From contig JBQTJP010000016.1 in the NCBI GenBank assembly GCA_052386995.1, positions 1 through 19,001 of the forward strand: a stretch of 19,001 bases of DNA. The letters run 5' to 3'. The DNA comes from Armatimonadota bacterium (lineage in GTDB: Bacteria; Sysuimicrobiota; Sysuimicrobiia; Sysuimicrobiales; Humicultoraceae). Each line of letters starts with the position of its first letter. Within the stretch, counting starts at the first letter, position 1. A program made the position numbers and the translations under genes. Under the pieces are notes generated by a model that saw only the letters and a program-made list of their open reading frames with translations, did no database searches and was not told the origin of the DNA. Below, one piece after another: positions 1 to 7,777 of the stretch.

Positions 1-743
1 GCCTCAACGCCTAGCTCTCGCAGGATCTGCTCCTTGAGCGCCACCACTTCGGGGCTCGACAGCTTGCGGGGGTGAGGGAAGGGCACGCTGAGGACGGTCA
101 CGATCTTCGCGGGCCGGGCAGACAGGATGAGAATGCGATCCGCCAGGTGGATGGCCTCTTCCACGTCATGGGTGACGAGCAGGCTGGTGTGACGCTCACG
201 GGAGAGGATCCGGAGCAGTTCGAGCCGCATCCGAAACCGGGTCAGCGCATCGAGCGCCGCGAGTGGTTCATCCATGTAAAGAATCTCTGGTTGCACGGCG
301 AGGGCGCGCGCCACCTCTACGCGCTTGAGCATCCCGCCAGACAGCTCAAAGGGGAACGCCCCCTCGAACCCCTGGAGGCCCACAAGTGTGATGTAGTGGT
401 CGGCGATGCGGCGGCGCTCAACCTCGGGCTGACCATCGAGACCGAACGTCAGGTTTCCTCGGACCGTGAGCCAAGGGAAGACCGACCCCTGCTGCGACAT
501 CACGATGCCCCGGGGACTCGGCGCTCTCACCGGCATCCCGTCTACGATCACCTCGCCCCGGTCAGGCCGGTCGAACCCGGCGATGATGTTCAGCAGTGTG
601 GTCTTGCCGCAACCACTTGGGCCGACGATCGCGACGAACTCTCCCTCGGCGACAGAGAAGTCGATCCCTTCCAGCACGGACAGCGGACCCAGCCGGGTCG
701 GGAACGCTTTGGAGAGGCCGCGGACGATAACCTTATCGGCCAT
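1..743 (-). CDS. ABC transporter ATP-binding protein, NitT/TauT (SsuB/TauB-like) family; 3' end runs off the window
   Basis: Not in the ORF track because it has no stop in the window. Hand translation from ATG at 743: MADKVIVRGLSKAF..., Walker A GPSGCGKTT, signature LSGGM, Walker B ILYMDEP, H-loop VTHDVEEA. Start overlaps the permease 3' end. Confidence 0.95.
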   Translation of the reverse strand, partial: MADKVIVRGLSKAFPTRLGPLSVLEGIDFSVAEGEFVAIVGPSGCGKTTLLNIIAGFDRPDRGEVIVDGMPVRAPSPRGIVMSQQGSVFPWLTVRGNLTFGLDGQPEVERRRIADHYITLVGLQGFEGAFPFELSGGMLKRVEVARALAVQPEILYMDEPLAALDALTRFRMRLELLRILSRERHTSLLVTHDVEEAIHLADRILILSARPAKIVTVLSVPFPHPRKLSSPEVVALKEQILRELGVE

Positions 744-1491
744 AGCGCCACTGTACCATTTTGAGCCGCTCGAGGCGCCGCATCAGGGTGTCCAGCATGA
801 GCCCAATTACCCCGATCATGACCATCCCGGCCACCACGAGGTCATAGCGGTTTCCGGCATTGCGGGAGTCCATGATGAGAAACCCGAGGCCCGCCGAGAG
901 CGCGATCATCTCCGCCGCCACCACCACCAGCCATGCCACGCCGATGCTGATCCGCATCCCCACGATGATCTGCGGGAGCGCCCCGGGCAAGATGACGAGG
1001 CGGAGCAATTTGAATCCGGAGACCCCGAAGTTCTGGGACGCCCGCATGTACTGCCGGTCGATGGTATGCACGCCGGCGGTCGCGTAGACCACCATGGGAA
1101 AGAAGGAGGACAGGAAGATCAAGAACACGGGGGACACATCCCCCACGCCGAACCACAGGATCGCCAGGGGGATCCAGGCGATGGGCGAGATCGGGCGGAG
1201 GATCTGAATCACCGGGTTGACGGCCGCATAGATGCTGCCAACGCGTCCCATCACGAGGCCGAGCGGAATGGCAAGGGCGACGGCCAGCAGGTAGCCGACA
1301 CTCACGCGGAAGAGCGAGGCCATCACGTGCTGGAAGAGCACCCCCTGCCGCGCGAGTTCCCCTATCCCGAGGATTACCTGCCCCGGCGTGGGGATGATCA
1401 CGCTCCCGCCGGCGGCGACGGCTCCCCACCACAGAGCCACCAACAGGACGATCAAACCGGCAGGGGCCAGGATCCCCGTCTTACCTGTCAA
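733..1491 (-). CDS. ABC transporter permease, NitT/TauT (SsuC-like) family
   Basis: Hydrophobic 252 aa with LRPISPIAWIPLAILWFG, EAA-like loop (RASQNFG), and VVVAAEM...GLGFLI motifs. Confidence 0.95.
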   Translation of the reverse strand: MTGKTGILAPAGLIVLLVALWWGAVAAGGSVIIPTPGQVILGIGELARQGVLFQHVMASLFRVSVGYLLAVALAIPLGLVMGRVGSIYAAVNPVIQILRPISPIAWIPLAILWFGVGDVSPVFLIFLSSFFPMVVYATAGVHTIDRQYMRASQNFGVSGFKLLRLVILPGALPQIIVGMRISIGVAWLVVVAAEMIALSAGLGFLIMDSRNAGNRYDLVVAGMVMIGVIGLMLDTLMRRLERLKMVQWRYGR

Positions 1492-2524
1492 TCTTGATCA
1501 CCACCCGTTTGAAGTTGCGGACGAAGCTTTCGTCCACGTACTTCTCGTACGGGACACGGCGCGAGATAATGCCGGCCTCGCGGGCGAGCCCCATGAGCTC
1601 CTCGAACTCGGCTCGGATGACCCACAGATCGCCGTACGTCACCCGGTCGGGCGGATTGTTCATGACGAACCTGAGGACTTCGGGTTTCTGGTTGAAGTAG
1701 CGCGGGCCCGCCGCCACGTCAGCGCCCAGGTTGCGGTTGCTCTGCGACGCCTGCAGCCATATTCCTGCCGACATCACATAGTTCACGAGCTGCTGGACCT
1801 GGGCGCGATCCTCGTCAATGAGCTCTTGCCGGACCGTCAAGACGCAGCAGATGTAATTGGGCCACTCGTTCCGGGTCATGTACAGGGGCCGGGCGTATCC
1901 GGCCATCTCCGCCACCGCACCAAACGGTTCGCCGGTCGCAAACGCCGCCACCGCCCCGGCGTAGAGGGCCGCCGGCATGTCCGGTGGGTTCATCTCCACA
2001 AATTGCACATCCGCTGCCGACATGCCATTCTGTCTCAGGAGCCGCCGCACGAAGAGATAGTCCACGGCGAACCGGCTGGGAATGGCGATCCTCTTTCCTT
2101 TGAGGTCTTTCATGCTCTTGATGGCAGCGTCGGTCTTGACCATGACCACGGCGCCGGAGCGGTGGCCAAGCGCCACGACCTTCACCGGGATGCCTTTGTC
2201 GGCCAGTTCCATCGCCAGCGGAGCCAGGAAGTAGGCGACCTTCACTCGCCCCGCGATCAATGACTCCTTGAGTTCCGGCCAGCCGGTGAACTTGAGGTAC
2301 TCAGCGGGGCTTCCGACGATCGTCTGTCCCGCTTTGGTAGCATTCTGGAGGGCATGACAGGCAACGGGGAGCGTAAGGTTGCAAGTGACAGGCAGCCCAC
2401 CGACCTTCAGCGGCTCGGCAGCCGGCGCTTCAGCCGTTGCGGCGCTCAACAACAGGACCGCAGCCATCGCGCCGATTGCCCACATCACTTGCACGCGCCA
2501 TGCGCTGAGTTTGCCAGCCTTCAT
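1481..2524 (-). CDS. ABC transporter substrate-binding protein (NMT1/NrtA/SsuA-like)
   Basis: Start reassigned to ATG 2524 (SD AAGGGGGAG, then signal peptide MKAGK...AAVLLLSAATAEA). Motifs GWPELKESLIAG, DLKGKRIAIP, PPDMPAAL, GEPF; adjacent to the permease and ATPase. Confidence 0.92.
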   Translation of the reverse strand: MKAGKLSAWRVQVMWAIGAMAAVLLLSAATAEAPAAEPLKVGGLPVTCNLTLPVACHALQNATKAGQTIVGSPAEYLKFTGWPELKESLIAGRVKVAYFLAPLAMELADKGIPVKVVALGHRSGAVVMVKTDAAIKSMKDLKGKRIAIPSRFAVDYLFVRRLLRQNGMSAADVQFVEMNPPDMPAALYAGAVAAFATGEPFGAVAEMAGYARPLYMTRNEWPNYICCVLTVRQELIDEDRAQVQQLVNYVMSAGIWLQASQSNRNLGADVAAGPRYFNQKPEVLRFVMNNPPDRVTYGDLWVIRAEFEELMGLAREAGIISRRVPYEKYVDESFVRNFKRVVIKIDR

Positions 2525-2550
2525 GGTTCGCTCCCCCTTCACGGCCCGAC

Positions 2551-2997
2551 TCAGCGGGCCTTGATGGTGACCTGCACGCGTACGTCCCCGAATTTCTCGA
2601 ACTTCAGCGTGAGCGGAAGCTGGGTACCCGCTTTGAATTCCTGCTTCTTCTCCATGCACATCAGGTGACGCCCATCGACTTTCAGCTCCACCCGCTGGCC
2701 TGCATGTACCTCGATCGGTCCCGTTGACCGCATGCTCATCGCGCCCTGGGGCGTTCGGTACCGCTGGAACATCACGATCATTCCGCACGCCGGGGACTGG
2801 GCCGAGACCAGGCGGTCCGGTTCGCTCCCGGTGTTGCGGATGACCATATAGACCTCGCCTGACTCGACCACGGGCGGAAGCGGTCTCGCCCAGACATCCT
2901 CCACGGCAATCTGCGGCCTACGAGCAGCGCCGGCCGTGAGCAGCGCGACGCCCGCGATCATGCTGAGCGAAACGAACCATGACAGGAGTTTTCTCAC
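2551..2997 (-). CDS. PCu(A)C-family periplasmic copper chaperone
   Basis: GTG start at 2997 after AAAAGGA; signal peptide; VEDVWAR, YMVIRNTG..DRLVSA, GAMSMR, GRHLM, LTLKFEK motifs; directly downstream of SCO. Confidence 0.9.
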   Translation of the reverse strand: MRKLLSWFVSLSMIAGVALLTAGAARRPQIAVEDVWARPLPPVVESGEVYMVIRNTGSEPDRLVSAQSPACGMIVMFQRYRTPQGAMSMRSTGPIEVHAGQRVELKVDGRHLMCMEKKQEFKAGTQLPLTLKFEKFGDVRVQVTIKAR

Positions 2998-3007
2998 ATG
3001 CGATCCT

Positions 3008-3033
3008 TTTCGACCACTCGCTTTCGACCACTC
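3008..3033. repeat. 12-bp direct repeat TTTCGACCACTC x2 (14-bp period) between the SCO and PCu(A)C genes
   Basis: Copies at 3008-3019 and 3022-3033, read directly. Confidence 0.85.
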
Positions 3034-3634
3034 ACTGCACGAGATGGTCCAGATCGGACGACACATCTTTGACCGGCGTGCCGAATGGGAAGAGAAGACG
3101 GACAGCCCCCGCCTGATCCACCACGATCACCATGCTCGTGTGATCCACGATGTATCCGCCTGTGGCAACCCGCTCGCCCTTTTTGAAATAGATGCCATAG
3201 CGTGCGGCCACGGCTGCAACTTCCCGCGGCGTGCCGGTCAGCCCAAGGAACGCGGGATTGAAGTGGGCCAGGTAGGAGCGAAGGCGTTCCGGAGTGTCAC
3301 GTTCCGGATCCACCGAGATCATCATCACCCGCACGCGCGCGGCCTTTTGGGGATCCAGAGCCTTGAGCGCCTGGTTGACTTCCGCGAGCGTCGTCGGGCA
3401 GATGCCGGGGCAATACGTATAGCCGAAGTACAGCAGCACGATCTTGCCCCGGAAGTCGCTCAGGCGAGCGCGCGCTCCGCTGTGCGTGGTGAGAGTGAAC
3501 TCTGCTGCCGGAGGTGACTCCGTGGTGACGCCGCGGAACACATACGGCTGCCGGGCAGATAACCACACGTAGCCACCGGGCGCGATAACCGCCGCCAGGG
3601 CAAGGGTTGCGAGCCAACGTCGCGAGACAGCCAT
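3032..3634 (-). CDS. SCO1/SenC family copper chaperone
   Basis: N-terminal anchor, FGYTYCPGICP (CxxxC), ISVDPERDT, conserved His in VDHTS. Confidence 0.96.
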   Translation of the reverse strand: MAVSRRWLATLALAAVIAPGGYVWLSARQPYVFRGVTTESPPAAEFTLTTHSGARARLSDFRGKIVLLYFGYTYCPGICPTTLAEVNQALKALDPQKAARVRVMMISVDPERDTPERLRSYLAHFNPAFLGLTGTPREVAAVAARYGIYFKKGERVATGGYIVDHTSMVIVVDQAGAVRLLFPFGTPVKDVSSDLDHLVQ

Positions 3635-3680
3635 CCCATTGCGTCCTCTTCTGAATTGTCCTGTTCATTCCAGAGACCGG

Positions 3681-3707
3681 TCAATCCGAAGGCACCGTCA
3701 CTCCGAT
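3681..3707 (+). promoter_or_regulatory. Possible SigK-like ECF promoter TCAATCC-N16-CGAT facing the Tat/UGA gene
   Basis: Same architecture as CCAATCC-N16-CGAA upstream of the DUF4331 operon; short motif, so it may be chance. Confidence 0.35.
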
Positions 3708-3865
3708 GCGGAGGTACCCTCAGGGGAGGGTTCTCCCTATGCGAACGGATGTTCGGCACGTGTGTCGTGTGTTTCTGTGTCGAGCGTATCGTGGTCTTGA
3801 GCCTGTCATTGCAGGTGTGGCGGCTTCCTGTTTCGAACACTCCGGCCCAATCGAGGGGGTGAGCC

Positions 3866-4735
3866 ATGAGGGTTCCGACAGGATGTACTCCGGGATGCTC
3901 TGGCCGTGATCCCATCGCCTACGACACCCTCACCCGGCGGCGGCTCTTGGGAGTCGCCGCGGGCGCGGCGGGTGCCGCGGTCCTCTCGAGATTCTGGCTA
4001 CCCGCGCTGGCCCAGGCTGCGCCCATGGGAGGGCCGAAGCCCATCCCCGGCGGCATCACCGCGCCCTTTGCAAAGGGCGTGTTCCACGTGTTCCTGCCCG
4101 AGCCGGGCAAGGAGCCGTCGACCATCACCGACTTCGATGGCGTTGTGGGCCTCAGCGTCGTCAGGGGAGCCTGCACCAAGACGCGGCTGGCCGGCGGCGC
4201 GCCGCAGCGTCTGATCTACGAGACCGACATGCGGTTCATGAAGGGCAGATACGTCGGGGCAGACGGTACGAGTACAACGGGGACGTTTGGCTTCGTCTGA
4301 CCCGATGTCTACGAGGGTCAGGTCGACCCTTCCCGCCAGCAGCATGATCTCGATCCCGGCATCACCCCCAATGGCCTCTTTTGGACGACGCCGGTCCCGC
4401 CCGAGAGCATTCAGGCCAATGTGGCGCGCGGGACGGCCACCATGCGCATGACCGCGGTCCCCATGCCGGACCAGCAAAGTATTATCAACGCGCTCAATCA
4501 CGGCCCGTCGATCCCCGCGACCGTGTCGTTCACCGTCCGGTGGACGGGTGCCGGAAGGCGCAGACAACTGCGCAGCGCCCAACAGAAGTTCGTTGCTCAG
4601 GTCGTAGAGAACCGGTCGACGATCGAGTGGCAGTTCGAGTCCGGCGAGTTCCGGGTCGCGTCCGATCCGGCGCAGACGTCGAAGAACGTGTATTCGCTGC
4701 TCGGCAGGGAGCGCAACGGCGTTTTCTTTCGCTGA
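3866..4735 (+). CDS. Tat-exported protein of unknown function with an in-frame UGA (codon 145, 4298-4300); putative selenoprotein, 289 aa
   Basis: SD GAGGGGGTGAG before ATG 3866; twin-arginine signal TRRRLLG + h-region + ALAQA; the frame continues with no further stop after TGA (PDVYEGQVDPSRQQHDLDPGITPNGLFWTTPVPPESIQAN) into the 4421-4735 ORF; SECIS-like hairpin just 3' of the TGA. Confidence 0.75.
4313..4331 (+). other. Candidate bacterial SECIS hairpin GAGGGUC-AGGUC-GACCCUU
   Basis: 7-bp stem (one terminal G-U) starting 13 nt after the UGA; G-containing 5-nt loop; the CAGGUC core matches the apical segment of the E. coli fdhF SECIS as I recall it. Confidence 0.6.
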
Positions 4736-4892
4736 CCGCCGCGACCGCGCGTGCGGTCCGCGTTAGAGGGCCCGTCCATCGGGGGTAAATCTCAACGAGA
4801 CTCCAAGCGAGCCGGGATTCTCATCCCCGAAGTGCTCAGAGCGCTCACAGCGCCGACGCCGCTTTCGAGCCCGGGCCAGGCGGATGAAGAGG

Positions 4893-5420
4893 CTAGTTCG
4901 CGTAGCGGTCGCGAGACACGAGATCGCCGAGCGGCATCCGGTTGATCCGTCCAAGCACCGCTGCCGCGTCCGCCTTTCGCCGTGGGCGCCGCTCACCTGG
5001 AGCGGGATAGCCCAGGGACAGGACCGTGGGCACGGCCATCTCTCCTGGCAACCCAAGGGCAGACTTCAGCGCGGCCTCGTCGGTGGGCGTGTTGGGACAC
5101 GTGCCGACGCCGAGACTCCAGGCCGCGAGCATCATATTCTGCGCGGTGCGGCCGGCGTCGAACGCGGCGCGCGGATTGGTAATGGCCACCACGATCGCCA
5201 CCGGGGCCTCCGCCACGTTTGCCGGACGGCTCACCAGCCCACCGAGTTCGCGCAGCCTCGCGCGATCGGTGACAACGATGAACCGCCAGGGCTGTTTGTT
5301 GCGGCTGCTGCCGCTGGCCCGTCCCGCCTCCAGAATCTGCGTGAGCACGGGCTCAGGAATCGGTCGGGTCTGGTAGCGACGGACTTCCCTCTTGCCGGCG
5401 ACGGTCAGATACGCGTCCAT
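4893..5420 (-). CDS. Nitroreductase family protein (FMN-dependent)
   Basis: KREVRRY, ILEAGR.S.SSRNKQPWRFIVV, DAGRTAQNMMLAAWSLGVGTC, LSLGYP motifs. Confidence 0.93.
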   Translation of the reverse strand: MDAYLTVAGKREVRRYQTRPIPEPVLTQILEAGRASGSSRNKQPWRFIVVTDRARLRELGGLVSRPANVAEAPVAIVVAITNPRAAFDAGRTAQNMMLAAWSLGVGTCPNTPTDEAALKSALGLPGEMAVPTVLSLGYPAPGERRPRRKADAAAVLGRINRMPLGDLVSRDRYAN

Positions 5421-5452
5421 GTCGGAGCTTTTCTGTACCGCCCAGCGAAGCC

Positions 5453-6154
5453 CTACGCGATCAAGGACCGCAGCGTCTCCCAGGCCAGCACGGCGCCCAC
5501 GCCGATGCTGAGTACACCGGCGACCTGCTGCAGGCGCAGGTGCAGGGTCCCGAAGCGGCCGGCCGTCAGGGCCATCGGGAGCCCGATCAGCGCAGACGTC
5601 CCCAGCATCCCCAGGATGGACCCCGCGCCGAAGATGAGGACATAGACGATGCCGACCAACAGCGACGGGACAGTAGCCAGCACCAGCACAGTCAGCGCCC
5701 CGCTCCCTGCGAGCCCATGCATCAGGCCGATCCAGAATGATCGCATCGGCACCGCGGCCCGGCCGCCATGGTGCTGAACGCCGCCCACGTGGACGTGTAG
5801 GTGCGCGTGGGAGGGGCCGCTATGCTCATGCTCGTGCTGGTGAATGACCACGGCCTTCACGGCGCGCCGAATCGCCCGTACGCCCAGACCGACAAGCATC
5901 AGCCCGACCAGGAACTCGAGCACTAGTTGGACTTGCTCGGGAATCGCCAGTCGGAGGGCCAGCACAGCAATACCCGCCACGAGCAGCGAAGCGGTGTGGC
6001 CCATCCCCCAGACCGCGCCCACGAGGGAGGCCCGCCACATGCTCCGCTGTTCACTCGCGATCGTCGCAACCGCGGCGACGTGGTCGGTTTCGATCGCGTG
6101 CTTGATGCCCAACAGGAAGCCCAGCAACAGCACCGAGATTACCGACGTGCCCAC
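5453..6154 (-). CDS. UreH/SodT-like (NiCoT-related) nickel/cobalt transporter
   Basis: SD AAGGAGGGG and GTG start; HAIETDH (HAxxxDH) motif, WGMGHT, His-rich loop HQHEHEHSGPSHAHLHVH, GLMHGLAGS; about 6 TM segments. Confidence 0.9.
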   Translation of the reverse strand: MGTSVISVLLLGFLLGIKHAIETDHVAAVATIASEQRSMWRASLVGAVWGMGHTASLLVAGIAVLALRLAIPEQVQLVLEFLVGLMLVGLGVRAIRRAVKAVVIHQHEHEHSGPSHAHLHVHVGGVQHHGGRAAVPMRSFWIGLMHGLAGSGALTVLVLATVPSLLVGIVYVLIFGAGSILGMLGTSALIGLPMALTAGRFGTLHLRLQQVAGVLSIGVGAVLAWETLRSLIA

Positions 6155-6187
6155 ACTCGACCCCTCCTTGTTTCTCTCATGATTCCC

Positions 6188-7777
6188 TCAGCGCCCCAGC
6201 CCCACCGACATGCCGCTCTGGAGGATAATGACCAGGCCGAGCAGGGCGACGACTGCTGCAGAAACGACCGGCAACCGGTGCAGAACCGGTCGGGCCAGAG
6301 CCAGCCATCGTGAAGGAGCCTGGCCGCCCGGTGCGCCGCGATTGAGCACACGCTCCATGAACGATCGCACGTAGACCATCAGCAGGCCGCCGGCAATCAG
6401 CACGCTGGCCAGGCCCACACTGAACGTGGTAATCAGGCCCAGGCCCAGGCCCACCTGCCCAACCGAAATCGACGCCAGCATGACGACCAGGGCGGAGGGA
6501 CAGGGCAAGAGACCTCCGGTAACGCCCAGCGCAATGAGGTCTCGCGCCCGAACATCGCCAGCGGGTGCGTGCGTGTGGCCGTGGGCATGGAGGTGCTGCT
6601 CGCCGTGGTCGTGATGACCGTGCGTGTGATGGTGCTGACGATGGTGTTCGTGAGGGGTGACGACTGTACCGCGACCTGCCTGCCTGAGTGTCCGGAGACG
6701 GCGCCAGAACAGTGATCCGCCCACGCCGAGGAGCATCAGGCCCGAGAGGCCGCTCAGGATCGGGTAGAGCCGTTCGGGCACGATAAACCGCGACGCAAAC
6801 AGCGTGGCCAACCCGAGGAGAAATACGCCCGAGGTATGGGTCAGGGTCGTCACGAACCCAAGCAGGAGGGCCTGCCCCGGCGTTCCGCGCGACCCGACGA
6901 AGTATGCAGCGAGGATGGTCTTGCCGTGACCGGGCGTTAGGGCGTGGTATGCGCCCAGCAGGAAGGCTCCCAAAAGCGCGACGGTCAGGAGGCCGGGATC
7001 CAGCCGTCCTCCGGCCAGCTGCCGAAACAGAGTCCCGAACGCTGTCGTCTCGGAGCCGGACCGGGGACCGGCGGAGCCGGCCGTCGTGCCGGCAGTAGCC
7101 TGCCTGCGACAACGTGTCAGATCGAATGTCATCCCAGGAGTCGCACTGACGCGAGGAGCCGCAAGACGAGTACCGTTGAGCCGCACCTCAAAGATGGCTT
7201 CCACGATGCTGGGAGGAGCATCATTCAATAGTTTCTGGGGATAGACTCGCAGGGCGTTGGTGCCGCGATCCTGTGCCGCCACCGTGGAAGTCAGCACCGC
7301 GGGGCCGCTCACGACGATCTCTTTCCAGCCGGCGCGGTCCGGGAAGTTCGTATCCCGGTAGACGAAGCGCAGCGAGGGGGCGCCGCCGGCAGAGGCGGTG
7401 AGGCGTGGGATCAGGTCGGCCTCGATCCGCAGGACCGGGAGGCCCCCGGCGCCCTCCAGACACGTGACCCGAACCGCCGTCGGAATGAGTGGGACCGCGG
7501 CGCTGTCGGCCGTCATCCGCAGTCCCGGCAGCCACTGACTGACGCGCCGCGCCAGATGGGGCTCCATTTCATCCCCTGCTAGGTGGGCAGTCTCCTGAAA
7601 CGTCGGTACTTCGGCCAGATCCACCACGTACTGGATGAACACGCCGTCCGACCGCGCCTCGATAGCCGTGTAGCGGTTGATCGAGAAGTTGCCCAGCGGG
7701 TGCGCCAGGAGGGGCGCGGCGAGCAGCAGCGGGATGCTGCACGCGGCCAGGACCGCTCCGAGCCATCCTCTTCTCAT
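6188..7777 (-). CDS. RcnA-like (HoxN/HupN/NixA superfamily) Ni/Co transporter with a large N-terminal extracytoplasmic domain
   Basis: Signal peptide then AHPLGNFSINRY; membrane part with HALTPGHGKT, THTSGV, His-rich loop HEHHRQHHHTHGHHDH..., GLLPCPSAL. Confidence 0.92.
   Translation of the reverse strand: MRRGWLGAVLAACSIPLLLAAPLLAHPLGNFSINRYTAIEARSDGVFIQYVVDLAEVPTFQETAHLAGDEMEPHLARRVSQWLPGLRMTADSAAVPLIPTAVRVTCLEGAGGLPVLRIEADLIPRLTASAGGAPSLRFVYRDTNFPDRAGWKEIVVSGPAVLTSTVAAQDRGTNALRVYPQKLLNDAPPSIVEAIFEVRLNGTRLAAPRVSATPGMTFDLTRCRRQATAGTTAGSAGPRSGSETTAFGTLFRQLAGGRLDPGLLTVALLGAFLLGAYHALTPGHGKTILAAYFVGSRGTPGQALLLGFVTTLTHTSGVFLLGLATLFASRFIVPERLYPILSGLSGLMLLGVGGSLFWRRLRTLRQAGRGTVVTPHEHHRQHHHTHGHHDHGEQHLHAHGHTHAPAGDVRARDLIALGVTGGLLPCPSALVVMLASISVGQVGLGLGLITTFSVGLASVLIAGGLLMVYVRSFMERVLNRGAPGGQAPSRWLALARPVLHRLPVVSAAVVALLGLVIILQSGMSVGLGR

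Noticed and set aside
72..2263. Long + strand ORFs 72-764, 466-1497 and 1388-2263
   Set aside because: Antisense shadows of the ABC transporter genes, common in high-GC DNA; no recognisable motifs.
2525..2788. 88-aa N-terminal extension of the ABC binding protein in the ORF track
   Set aside because: It overlaps the PCu(A)C gene; a good SD and signal peptide start at 2524.
4298..4300. Genome-wide UGA reassignment (genetic code 4 or 25) as the explanation
   Set aside because: Several clear genes here end at TGA at the expected family C-terminus (SCO, PCu(A)C, ECF sigma), and Trp is encoded by TGG.
4421..4735. Independent 104-aa gene starting at GTG 4421 (and the alternative-frame ORF 4381-4788)
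   Set aside because: No convincing SD, and coding-like sequence extends upstream in frame to the TGA at 4298. The 4381 frame is Arg/Pro-rich noise.
4743..4758. Hairpin GACCGC-GCGT-GCGGTC after the UGA gene as an intrinsic terminator
   Set aside because: Short stem with no U-tract on either strand; not enough support.
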